From a virus: a DNA stretch of 44,026 nucleotides. The notes beneath the pieces were generated by a model that did not search any database, was not told the origin of the DNA, and saw nothing but the letters and a program-made list of their open reading frames with translations. Numbering within the stretch: the first letter of the stretch is position 1; the number at the start of each line of letters is the position of its first letter. The translations under genes were made by a program, and so were the position numbers. Positions 1 to 8,203 of the stretch are shown here, in pieces. Where the stretch lies: the IMG/VR virus record IMGVR_UViG_3300037466_003019; one strand, written 5' to 3'.

Positions 1-126
1 ATGGCCGCCCGCAGGTGCTCAATGTCGGCACCCAGGTAGCACGCCGTGCTCTCCAGCGCACTGTGCCCGAGCATCTGCATGATGGCGGGCAGGGGACAGC
101 CGTGGTGGAGCAGGGTGGTGGCCATG
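1..126. repeat. Terminal direct repeat, copy 1 (identical to 43901-44026)
   Basis: Read directly: atggccgcccgcaggtgctcaatg...ggtggtggccatg is present at both ends. Confidence 0.97.
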
Positions 127-953
127 CTGGCGCGGAGCAGGTGCGGGTAGTGGCCGGACCACGGCCGCTGCCGGGCGGCGCGGCGCACGCGGTCATAGCC
201 CACGGCGGTGCCCAACGCGGCGCGTGCATGCTGGCTGACGATGAGCCACACGCTGCGGCGGCTGCGCAGCGCTTGGCCGCGGTGACTGACCCACAAGGCG
301 GCCCGCTTGCCGGGGCGCGTGGCGGTGCGCAGGGCGATGTAGCCCTGCAGCAGGTTGTGGAGCTCCGCGCTGATCGGCACCCAGCGGCTGCGGCCGCCCT
401 TGCCTGCCGCGACGTAGACGGCATCGGGATGCACGTCGCCCAGGCCGAGGTTCACCAGCTCGCTGGCGCGCAGGCCGGTTTCCCACAGCGTGCGCAGCAT
501 GACGGCATCGCGGAAGCCCACGAAGGTGGACACGTCCGGCGCGGACAGGATCGCCAGCACCTGGTCATCGGTGAACCAGCGCACGAGCCGGCGCGGCACC
601 CGACGATTGGACGGCAAATTATTCGATTCTCCTTGCGGCGCGGCACCGACAAGCGCCATGGTGTCGTAGAAGGCGCGCAGCGCCTTGATATCCACATTGA
701 CCGTCGCCGGCGAGGCATGCTGCCGGCGGCGGTCGGCCAGCCATTGGTGCAGGCGGTCGGCATGCAGCCGATCGACGGCACCGCCGTACGCCAGCCAACG
801 GCGCGCCACGCCCACGTAGAGGCGAACCGTCGTCGGCGACCGGCTACCGGCCAGGATGCGCGCAAACCGCGCCAGCGCATCCCGGCTATCAACGCTCAGG
901 ACAGCGCTTTCGACTTCGGGGCACTGTTCTTGACTATAACGGCGTGGTATCAC
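1..953 (-). CDS. int: Tyrosine integrase, N-terminal and catalytic part (gene wraps across the window ends; C-terminus at 43783-43900)
   Basis: Hand translation of the minus frame, which is absent from the ORF track because it runs off the edge: ...TVRLYVGVARRWL...FRDAVMLRTLWETGLRASEL...VYVAAGKGGRSRWVPIS...HYPHLLRASMATTLL. This gives box I R and H-x-x-R. The frame is open up to 1037. The GTG at 953 is only a guessed start and has no clear SD. Confidence 0.8.
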   Translation of the reverse strand, partial: MIPRRYSQEQCPEVESAVLSVDSRDALARFARILAGSRSPTTVRLYVGVARRWLAYGGAVDRLHADRLHQWLADRRRQHASPATVNVDIKALRAFYDTMALVGAAPQGESNNLPSNRRVPRRLVRWFTDDQVLAILSAPDVSTFVGFRDAVMLRTLWETGLRASELVNLGLGDVHPDAVYVAAGKGGRSRWVPISAELHNLLQGYIALRTATRPGKRAALWVSHRGQALRSRRSVWLIVSQHARAALGTAVGYDRVRRAARQRPWSGHYPHLLRASMATTLLHHGCPLPAIMQMLGHSALESTACYLGADIEHLRAA

Positions 954-1024
954 AAGTCGGGTCCAATTCTGGACCCGCGCAAGGGCAGTGAGGCGCTGAA
1001 TAATCAAGCTGTTACGTGAAATCT

Positions 1025-1053
1025 TTAACGTAAGTTCTTAGATTTTACATAAT
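1025..1053 (+). promoter_or_regulatory. Sigma70-like promoter candidate (TTAACG-17 nt-CATAAT) facing the replication genes
   Basis: Lies in the only AT-rich tract of the int/rep intergenic region (about 995-1065). Confidence 0.3.
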
Positions 1054-1216
1054 AGACAGTTTGACCGGTTCGTCGCCCACGCTGCCCCCGAACGGGGGTC
1101 AGGGTGGAAATCGTTGCAGCACAAGGCATCGCGAGGCGCACGGAGCCGCATGATGATGCTGGCGCGCGTGCAGCGCGCGTGCATGACCCGCGGCTTTCAG
1201 GGCAGGGGCGGCACTG

Positions 1217-2089
1217 ATGGAGTGGTGCCGCCAATACTTCGGTGAGGCCTGCGATCCGCGCTGGCTGGGCATCGCCCGTGAGGCCGGCCCAAGCGTAACG
1301 CCCGGGCATGTCGCCGCAATCATGTGGACCCTCAAGGAGTGCGCCTCCAAGGCGCGCCCGCGTGGCTGCGTGGCCGGCTACGACGCCCAGGCGATCAGCG
1401 ACTTCTACGGGTGGCCGCTCGACTCCATCATCATGCCGATCATGGGCGCGCTCCGTGCCCGCGGGATCATCGTGAACGGCCACCTGGCCAACTGGGACGA
1501 AACGCAGGCTACCAAGCACGACCGCACCAATGCCAAGCGGCAGCAGGCCTATCGGGACCGGAAGAAGGCAGAGAAGCAAAGCTCGCCCGAGGTCGCGCCC
1601 ACGGACGCGCGTAACGGCGTTACGAGCGTCGCCACCGTTACGGGTAACGAAATAACGACCACAGAGGAGAAAGAGCAGAGCAACTGCTCTTTCTCCGATA
1701 GCTCTAAGCAAGATACAGACATCTCGCTAAAGTTAGATACACCGCGCACCGTGCGCGAGTGCGGGCGCGCGATCGTTAATCCGGGTGCGTTCTGGTCATG
1801 GGCGGAAGCCAACGGCATCCCCACGACCATCGGCCTGCGGCGCTTCCAGGCCCGGAACCTCAGCCAGTGGATTGCACAGGGGCTTACCGACGAACAGCTC
1901 GGTGAGGCGCTGCGCCGTGCGCAGTCGAGGCGCGCCGCTTCCGGCAACTCGGCACCGGTGAACCTGGGCTACCTGGCGTGCTTCGTCGACGAGGTTCTGG
2001 CCGGGGAGCAGCCGCGAGACAACCAGCAAACGGGAGGTGGCAATGGGCGAGGTGACGAGCTCAGCCGCGCGTTCGCTCGCGTTGGCTGA
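1217..2089 (+). CDS. Phage replication-initiator-like protein (lambda O analogue by position), with a low-complexity, low-GC central linker
   Basis: 290-aa ORF with protein-like composition. It sits directly upstream of a lambda-P-like gene and its internal linker carries iteron-like repeats. The function is positional inference. Confidence 0.5.
   Translation: MEWCRQYFGEACDPRWLGIAREAGPSVTPGHVAAIMWTLKECASKARPRGCVAGYDAQAISDFYGWPLDSIIMPIMGALRARGIIVNGHLANWDETQATKHDRTNAKRQQAYRDRKKAEKQSSPEVAPTDARNGVTSVATVTGNEITTTEEKEQSNCSFSDSSKQDTDISLKLDTPRTVRECGRAIVNPGAFWSWAEANGIPTTIGLRRFQARNLSQWIAQGLTDEQLGEALRRAQSRRAASGNSAPVNLGYLACFVDEVLAGEQPRDNQQTGGGNGRGDELSRAFARVG
1605..1700. promoter_or_regulatory. Candidate origin of replication inside the O-like gene
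   Basis: CGTAAC/GTTACG motifs form inverted pairs at 1610-1624 and 1636-1649. A perfect 13-bp inverted repeat (1666-1678 / 1684-1696, 5-nt spacer) follows, in a locally low-GC stretch. Confidence 0.4.
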
Positions 2090-2660
2090 CCAGGAGGAGC
2101 TGCGTGTGGCGGTGGCAGAGCTGTTCTGCGTGTTCAAGCGCAAGTACGGCCATCGGTGGAACGCGCAGTTCGAGGATCCGCAGGCGCGTCCGGTGTGGTT
2201 CGCATCGCTGCGCGCCGCAGGTGTGACGGCTGATGCGGTGAAGCGTGGGCTGGCCATGCTGTCGAAGGTCGGCACCGGTTGGCCGCCGAGCGACGAGGAG
2301 TTCATCCGGCTGTGCAGTCCGGACGCACCATCGCTCGAGCAGGCGTTGGCCGAAGCGTTGAACTGGGCGCGGGACACGAGTGGCACGTTCGAGTTCAGCC
2401 ACCCAGCGATCGGCGCGGCGGCCAGGTCGGTCACTGCATGGGCGCTTCGATCGGAGAGTGCGGCCAGGTTGCGCCAGTTGTTCGACACCGCGTATCGCAC
2501 GGCGCTGAACCTGTACGCGAAGGGTGCGGACCTGAGCGCGCCGTTGCCGAAGGCGCTGCCGAAGGAGGTGCGCACAACGATCCCACCTGGTGCGGCGGAT
2601 CCGCCGAGCGTAGCCACAGCGCGGGCGAAGGCCGCGCGTCTGCTGGGGCTCGCGTCATGA
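2037..2660 (+). CDS. Replication protein P-like (helicase loader)
   Basis: The layout resembles lambda P as I recall it: ...RWNAQF...GVTADAVKRGLAMLSKVGTGWPPSDEEFIRLC...ALNLYAKGADLSAPLPKALP. The ATG at 2043 is an alternative start. Confidence 0.6.
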   Translation: MAMGEVTSSAARSLALADQEELRVAVAELFCVFKRKYGHRWNAQFEDPQARPVWFASLRAAGVTADAVKRGLAMLSKVGTGWPPSDEEFIRLCSPDAPSLEQALAEALNWARDTSGTFEFSHPAIGAAARSVTAWALRSESAARLRQLFDTAYRTALNLYAKGADLSAPLPKALPKEVRTTIPPGAADPPSVATARAKAARLLGLAS

Positions 2661-2937
2661 AGCTTCGCCTTACCGTTGTTCTTCCCACTTCCACCCTTGC
2701 CTCAGTGGTGGGGCGTAGACCGCGCTGCTGCGCTGGTCTAGCCGCTGCGGCCTCGCCTCGGGGTGTCGGGCTACGTGGCTTTGGCCTGAACCCGAAAGCC
2801 GATGGCCCGGAAGCCTTGCGTGGTGCGGGCTGCGGGCGTGCGGTAGGGGTCGGTGCAGGACAGAATGCGAATGGTTCGCACCACCCCCCTCCGAAAGCAG
2901 GCCGGCCGGCCCCCCGGCGCCTTACCTGTTTGCCCCT

Positions 2938-2966
2938 CGAAAAATGGGAGGCCTCCCGGGTTTTCG
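2938..2966. terminator. Imperfect palindrome, terminator-like (cgaaaaatgggaggcctcccgggttttcg)
   Basis: GGGAGG/CCTCCC core flanked by A-run and T-run. No real loop, so weak. Confidence 0.25.
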
Positions 2967-2993
2967 CCGGAGGGGGCGCGGGGGAGGTGCTGC

Positions 2994-4130
2994 GTGGCTG
3001 AGGTGCCGGCGATTCCGGCGGGGCTGGTGCTGCCGGCGCAGGAGCTGCAGCTGCGGGCGACGATCCTGGCCGAGGGCGGGCCGCTGGCGAGCGCGCTGCG
3101 CGCGGTCGAGGCGCGCGCGTGGCGCGACACGACGTGGCTGCGCACGTGCTGGCTGTGGGTGCAGTGCCTGGTGGTGGTGCGTGGCTTCCGCGGCGCGACG
3201 ACGGTGGCGGACTACGTCGAGGCCGTGGCGCGGTTCGTCGGCTGGGCCGAGGAGAAGGGGCTGGCGTGGCGCGAGCTGAAAACGAGCGACCTGGACGACT
3301 GGCAGCGGTGGCTCTACGTGCGCCGCCGCTTGTCGGCCGCGGCGCGCCGGCAGGCGCTGATGGCCGTGCGCAGCCTGTACAGCTATCTCGACACCCGCGG
3401 CGAAGGCCGCGACGTGACGCGCGGCTATGCGGCGCCCAAGCGCGTGATCAGCCAGGCCAAGAAGTACACGCCGGCGCAGCTGCGCGCGCTGTTCGGCGCC
3501 GTCGACGAGGGTGACACCGAGGAGGTACGCCAGCGCGACCGCGCCATGCTGCTGGTGCTGCTGACGGCCGGCCTGCGGCGCGAGGAGGTTTCCGCGCTGC
3601 GGGTGGACCAGCTGGAGCTGGCCAGCGACCGCAAGGGCCTGGTGCACGTGTTCGGCAAGGGCGCCAAGGAGCGCACCGTGCCGATCGAGGGGCCGGTGGT
3701 GCGCGAGCTGTTGCGCTGGCTGGACATGCGCAGCCGCCTGCCCGAGCTGCACACCGACGCGGTGTTCGTGAACCTGTCGCGCAGCGGCGGCAAGGGCGCG
3801 AGCCTGGGCGTGCGCGCCGTGGAAAACACCGTCACGCGCACGGCGCGCCGCGCCGGCCTGGGCTCCTGGGGCGTGCACCGGTTCCGCGTGACCTTCGCCA
3901 CGATGCTCTACGACGACGGCACCGACATCGAGCGGATCCGCGTGCTGATGGGGCACGAGTCGATCGAGACCACCCGGCGCTACCTCGCGGTGAGCAGCCG
4001 CATGAACCGCCACAGCCTAAAGGCCCACCGGCAGCACGCCGCGCTGGGCACCGCGCCCGACGACCTGCCGTTGTGGGCCCAAGACATCGAGAGGAAGCGC
4101 AATGGATCCGGCATTCTCCCGTCCCGGTGA
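2994..4130 (+). CDS. Tyrosine recombinase (XerC/D-like), second of three
   Basis: Motifs: LLTAGLRREEVSALRV, VFGKGAKERTVPI, HRFRVTFATML, LMGHESIETTRRYL. The GTG at 2994 is preceded by GGAGG at 2983-2987. The longest ORF starts at 2853. Confidence 0.85.
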   Translation: MAEVPAIPAGLVLPAQELQLRATILAEGGPLASALRAVEARAWRDTTWLRTCWLWVQCLVVVRGFRGATTVADYVEAVARFVGWAEEKGLAWRELKTSDLDDWQRWLYVRRRLSAAARRQALMAVRSLYSYLDTRGEGRDVTRGYAAPKRVISQAKKYTPAQLRALFGAVDEGDTEEVRQRDRAMLLVLLTAGLRREEVSALRVDQLELASDRKGLVHVFGKGAKERTVPIEGPVVRELLRWLDMRSRLPELHTDAVFVNLSRSGGKGASLGVRAVENTVTRTARRAGLGSWGVHRFRVTFATMLYDDGTDIERIRVLMGHESIETTRRYLAVSSRMNRHSLKAHRQHAALGTAPDDLPLWAQDIERKRNGSGILPSR

Positions 4131-4479
4131 GCGGCCTACGGCGTTCGAGGAGCAGCTGCTGGCCAGCGTGGAGCTGGCCCAACCGCGTAGCGGCAAGGAG
4201 CTGTGGCTCCTGCTCGCCCAGCGCATCGGCCTGGCCGACCTGATGGCCGTGCTTGACGAGTTCGGCGATGGCCAGGTGTGGGTACCGAGCCGCACCGGCC
4301 TGATGCAAGAGCTCTGGGTGCAGACGCGCTACGCGGAAATACAGCGGCTGCGCGCGGAGGAGGGGCTCAGCTGCCGCGAGGTGGCCGAGCGGATGAAGGT
4401 CAGCCCGGCCACGGTGATCCGGGCGGTTCGCTCGCAGTATGGAAGCGAAACACCCCCGCGTGGGAAACCGGGCGTATGA
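4102..4479 (+). CDS. Mor-family-like transcriptional activator (HTH)
   Basis: LMAVLDEFGDGQVWVPSRTG...YAEIQRLRAEEGLSCREVAERMKVSPATVIRAV resembles the Mu Mor/C signature (fGG..iYiP followed by a C-terminal HTH). Confidence 0.55.
   Translation: MDPAFSRPGERPTAFEEQLLASVELAQPRSGKELWLLLAQRIGLADLMAVLDEFGDGQVWVPSRTGLMQELWVQTRYAEIQRLRAEEGLSCREVAERMKVSPATVIRAVRSQYGSETPPRGKPGV
4425..4457 (+). promoter_or_regulatory. Conserved late-promoter-like motif, copy A (ggttcgctcgCAGTATGGAagcgaaacaccccc)
   Basis: One of three near-identical ~30-bp elements. CAGTAT starts 41 nt upstream of the terS-like ATG. Confidence 0.45.
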
Positions 4480-5237
4480 GCGACCCCACCGACCCGCCCG
4501 GCAAGCGCCCCTACACGATGAGCGACGCCGCCCTCGCGCAGCGCCGAGCCAACCTGCCGGCCGCCGCCGCGGCCGCGACCGGCCCGGTGACGGAGGAGGG
4601 CAAGGCCGCGAGCAGTCGCAACGGCTGGAAGCACGGCCGCTACAGCGCCGTCAACCGGGCGCAGTTCGGGCAGGGCGCCACGTCCATCGCCAAGATGTTC
4701 GGCAAGCCGTGCGTGACCACGTGCCCGTTCCACCCGGACAACCCCGCGCGCACCGAGGCGCCCTGCAGCCTGGTGCTGGACGGCCTGACCCACGCCGGCG
4801 GCAGCTGCCTGGACAAGTCCGTGTACGTGCACGCCCTGGACGCGCTGATGAGCGCGTTCACCGATGGCGACATGGATGGCATGCACGGCCTGCTGGCCAC
4901 CGAGATGGCCGCGAACATGCAGCTGCTGCGCCAGCTGCGCGAGGAGATCGCCCAGAACGGCCTCGTGGTGATGATTCCCCACGTGACCAAGGACGGCGAG
5001 GTGGTCTACGACAAGGACGACCACATGGTCGCGCACGACTACAAGCCCAACCCGGCACTGCTCGCGCTGATCAAGCTCAACGAAACGCTCGGCATCAACC
5101 TCGCCGAGCTGATGGCCACGCCCAAGGCGCGCCGCCAGATCAAGGACGACGACGATGCGGCCGCCGGCCTGCAGTCGCTGCTCGGCGCCATCTTCACGCG
5201 CTCGCAGCGCCGGCTCCCGCCGGGCGGTGGCGCGTGA
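4476..5237 (+). CDS. Putative terminase small subunit
   Basis: ATGA-coupled to the upstream gene and immediately upstream of terL. Contains an SRNGWKHGRYS-type motif. The call is mainly positional. Confidence 0.45.
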   Translation: MSDPTDPPGKRPYTMSDAALAQRRANLPAAAAAATGPVTEEGKAASSRNGWKHGRYSAVNRAQFGQGATSIAKMFGKPCVTTCPFHPDNPARTEAPCSLVLDGLTHAGGSCLDKSVYVHALDALMSAFTDGDMDGMHGLLATEMAANMQLLRQLREEIAQNGLVVMIPHVTKDGEVVYDKDDHMVAHDYKPNPALLALIKLNETLGINLAELMATPKARRQIKDDDDAAAGLQSLLGAIFTRSQRRLPPGGGA

Positions 5238-5545
5238 TGGGGTGGGCGCTCGCCCTGGCGGCCATCGCCATCGCCTTCGCGGTGGCAGAGTGTCGCCGCG
5301 AGCGCGCTGCGCGCCGCCAGCTGGCCGCGCTGCAGGCGGTGGTGGCCCAACAGCAGCGCAGCCTGCACCGCCTGGTGAAGGACAACGTGCTGCTCGACCA
5401 CTGGTGCGGGCGCTTCCGCGACCTGTACATCGCCACCGTGGCGCAGATCGACCCGGCCTATGCCGCCGAGCTGCGCGCGAAGTGGGCGCAGGTGCAGGCG
5501 CCCAGCGCCGTGGCGCGCCTGCTGGAGCGCGTGCGCCATGGCTAA
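5237..5545 (+). CDS. Small membrane-anchored hypothetical protein
   Basis: TGATG overlap with the upstream gene. Hydrophobic N-terminus MGWALALAAIAIAFAVA followed by a helical region. Confidence 0.5.
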   Translation: MGWALALAAIAIAFAVAECRRERAARRQLAALQAVVAQQQRSLHRLVKDNVLLDHWCGRFRDLYIATVAQIDPAYAAELRAKWAQVQAPSAVARLLERVRHG

Positions 5546-7424
5546 GCGCCTGCCCACCGGCGACCACGACGTGCTGCGGCAGATGGCCGACCGCGGCGTG
5601 TACGCGCCCGACGAGTTCGAAGCCTGGCTCGCAGCGCGTGCGTGGGCGTGGCAGGGCCTGGACCGCGGCGACTACGGCGTCAACCTCGAGCAGGCGCTGT
5701 TCCTGTTCGTGTTCGAAGATCCCGTGCGCTGGTCGGAGACGTTCCTGATCGAACCGCGCACGGGCGACCCGTGGCAATTCTTCGACTACCAGCGCGAGAG
5801 CTGCCGCGCCTGGGCGCAGGACGTGGTGCACCAGGACGGTGCCGAGGTGGGCAAGACGCGCGAGATCACCGTGCTGGTGCTATGGGGCCAGTGCACGTGC
5901 ATGGGCTTTACCGTGCGCCGGCCGTGGATGCTGGTGGGTGCGCCGCAGCAGACCCACCTGGATGAAATCATCCTGGCGATCGAGGAGCAGGTCGGCGCGC
6001 AGGATGGCGGCGAAAAGGCCAGCGGCTCGCTGCTCAGCCAGTTCTGGCTGAAACCGAAGCGCACGCCGCACATGATGCAGCGGTTCCTCACCATCCCGCT
6101 CGGCGAGAACGAAAAGCCCGGCATCGGGCGCGTGTACTACCGCCCGGCCGGCCACGATGGCGAGGCCTTCCGCGGCGTCCACGTGAACGCGATGGCGCTC
6201 ATGGACGAGGCGGCGAAGCTGAAGCGCGCCGTGCAGTGGTCGGAGTTCTGGCGCTCGGCCATGCCGGGGTGCCGCAAGCGCGTGTACAGCGTGCCCGATG
6301 GCGACCGCAGCACGGAGTTTTTCCGCCTCAGCCAGCAGGCCACGCCCAACCTGGCCGCCGCGGCGAAGGGCTGGCGCCTGTTCCACTGGCCCAAGACCAT
6401 CATGCCGGCGCCGTTCTGGAGCCCCGAGCGCGACGCGGAGTTCATCCGCCTGTTCGGTGGCCGGCACACGCCGGGCTACAAGCGCAACGTGCTGGGCGAG
6501 TGGGGCGAGGCAGAGAACCCGGTGTGGAGCTGGGATCTGCTGCTGCCCAACGTCTGCGACCTGCCGGACTACCGCGTGCTGGTGCTCAACGTGGATCGCC
6601 AGCGCGGCGACCTGCACGTGCGCGTCGCCCGCGTGGCGTTCGCGGTGCAGGAGGGCGGCCGCAAGAGCGGGCAGTACGACTGGCTGTTCGATGGCACCGT
6701 GGCGCTGGCGGCCTTCGCCAGCCGCGACAAGGACGAGCGCCGCGCCGCCATGCGCGCCCTGCTGCGCGAGCACATTACCGGCGCCAGCGCGGGCGTGTAC
6801 TGGGCCGGCGCGGACCTGGGCGAAACCAACGACCCCACCGAGATCATCATCAGCGAGCAGCGCGGCCCGAAGGACGAGGACGTGCTGCGCGTGCATGCCC
6901 GCGGCATGGACTACTACATCCAGCGCGAGCTCGTGTACTGCCTGCAGGAGCTGTTCGGCGGCCGCCCGCACTGGGGCGTCGACCTGGGCAGCGCCGGCAC
7001 CGTGGTGGTCAAGGACCTGCAGACGCTGGAGGAGTACGCCGACCAGCGCTTCGACGAGGTGATGACCGGCTTTCAGTTCTCCAACGCCGTGGACTGCATC
7101 GGCGAGGACGGCGAGCCGCTGATCGACCGCGCCCGCGACGACGGCAGCGAGGAAACCATCGTGCGCGCCCCGGCCAAGCACTGGGCCACCCAGTGCATCA
7201 GCCAGCGCCTGCAGGCCTGCGGCTACGCGCTCGCCTACGACATCGACGTGCTCAACCACATGACCAACCACACGGCCCGCCAGGGCACGAAGTGGCCGAT
7301 CTACGCCAAGAAAGACGACCACGACATCGACGCCCGGAGGATGCAGATGCTGCGCAAGTTGTACGACGAGGTGGGCGGCGAGGTGGACGTGTTCAGCTGC
7401 GGCGCGGAGGCGCGGACGGGATGA
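5538..7424 (+). CDS. terL: Terminase large subunit
   Basis: 628 aa. Walker-A-like HQDGAEVGKTRE, followed by a C-terminal nuclease-sized domain. Lies upstream of the portal gene. Confidence 0.8.
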   Translation: MAKRLPTGDHDVLRQMADRGVYAPDEFEAWLAARAWAWQGLDRGDYGVNLEQALFLFVFEDPVRWSETFLIEPRTGDPWQFFDYQRESCRAWAQDVVHQDGAEVGKTREITVLVLWGQCTCMGFTVRRPWMLVGAPQQTHLDEIILAIEEQVGAQDGGEKASGSLLSQFWLKPKRTPHMMQRFLTIPLGENEKPGIGRVYYRPAGHDGEAFRGVHVNAMALMDEAAKLKRAVQWSEFWRSAMPGCRKRVYSVPDGDRSTEFFRLSQQATPNLAAAAKGWRLFHWPKTIMPAPFWSPERDAEFIRLFGGRHTPGYKRNVLGEWGEAENPVWSWDLLLPNVCDLPDYRVLVLNVDRQRGDLHVRVARVAFAVQEGGRKSGQYDWLFDGTVALAAFASRDKDERRAAMRALLREHITGASAGVYWAGADLGETNDPTEIIISEQRGPKDEDVLRVHARGMDYYIQRELVYCLQELFGGRPHWGVDLGSAGTVVVKDLQTLEEYADQRFDEVMTGFQFSNAVDCIGEDGEPLIDRARDDGSEETIVRAPAKHWATQCISQRLQACGYALAYDIDVLNHMTNHTARQGTKWPIYAKKDDHDIDARRMQMLRKLYDEVGGEVDVFSCGAEARTG

Positions 7425-8203
7425 AGGCTGCCGAGGTAAAAGCCCTGTTCCCGACTGAGGCCGCGCTGTGTGACTTGTTCGTGCGGGACGTGCAGGAAAT
7501 GGGTGGTTGGACGATCTACCCCGAGACGGCTGGGTTTGACCTGCTTTTGGTGCGAGACAGCACTGGTCATCAGTTGGGCGTAGAGGCGAAATTGGCTCTC
7601 AACGCAAAGGTTGCCGACCAGATCATTCCGTGCTTGACGCCGTGGAGTTACGAGGCCGAAGGGCCCGACTTCCGCGCGGTGATCGTGCCATTCGTTGGCG
7701 AGGCATCCGAGGGCATCGCAAAGATGCTCCGCATCCTTGGGGTGCAGGTATGGTCACCGGACACACGGTGGAGTGGGCGCCTCAGGTTCTCTTTCGGTCG
7801 ATACAGCCAGGACGATGCCCGCGCATGCGATTCCACGGCAGGTCCGCTCAACGAATGGGACCAGGCGTGGCACGACTGGAATCCAACCGCGCGTTGCAGG
7901 CTACCCAGCATCGTCCCGCAGGTTCGAGCGGGGGTTCCGGCCCCGACCCAGCTTACGCCGTGGAAGATCGGCGCCCTTCGCGTGATAGCTGATCTTGAGC
8001 TGGATGGTTTTACCACCGCAAAGGGCGTTCGTTGTTGCGGGGTCGATCCGCGCCGGTTCTGTGCGGCGGATGGATGGCTCGAGCCAATCGGCGGTGGCAA
8101 GTGGCAACGCGGCAAGCTGCCCGCGTTCGAACAACAACACCCTGAGGCGTACGCACAGGTGCTTTCAGAGGCGCGCGCCAAGCGCCAGGAGATGGCCGCA
8201 TGA
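7421..8203 (+). CDS. PD-(D/E)xK nuclease-like protein inserted between terL and portal
   Basis: ATGA-coupled at both ends. ETAGFDLLLV...QLGVEAKL fits D...E-x-K. GC is visibly lower than in the flanks. Confidence 0.45.
   Translation: MKAAEVKALFPTEAALCDLFVRDVQEMGGWTIYPETAGFDLLLVRDSTGHQLGVEAKLALNAKVADQIIPCLTPWSYEAEGPDFRAVIVPFVGEASEGIAKMLRILGVQVWSPDTRWSGRLRFSFGRYSQDDARACDSTAGPLNEWDQAWHDWNPTARCRLPSIVPQVRAGVPAPTQLTPWKIGALRVIADLELDGFTTAKGVRCCGVDPRRFCAADGWLEPIGGGKWQRGKLPAFEQQHPEAYAQVLSEARAKRQEMAA

Noticed and set aside
15-1019. 334-aa + strand ORF at the window start.
   Set aside because: The opposite strand encodes a tyrosine integrase with all catalytic boxes. The + frame has biased composition and no motifs.
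1025-1711. 228-aa minus-strand ORF overlapping the O-like gene.
   Set aside because: It has antisense-type composition. The + strand ORF has normal protein composition and fits the O/P gene pair.
2861-2900. tRNA-like 3' end (ggttcgcaccacc) that could mark a tRNA-derived attP.
   Set aside because: The flanking sequence cannot be folded into a T-arm with a 7-nt loop and an acceptor stem. The only hairpin is 5 bp with a 3-nt loop.
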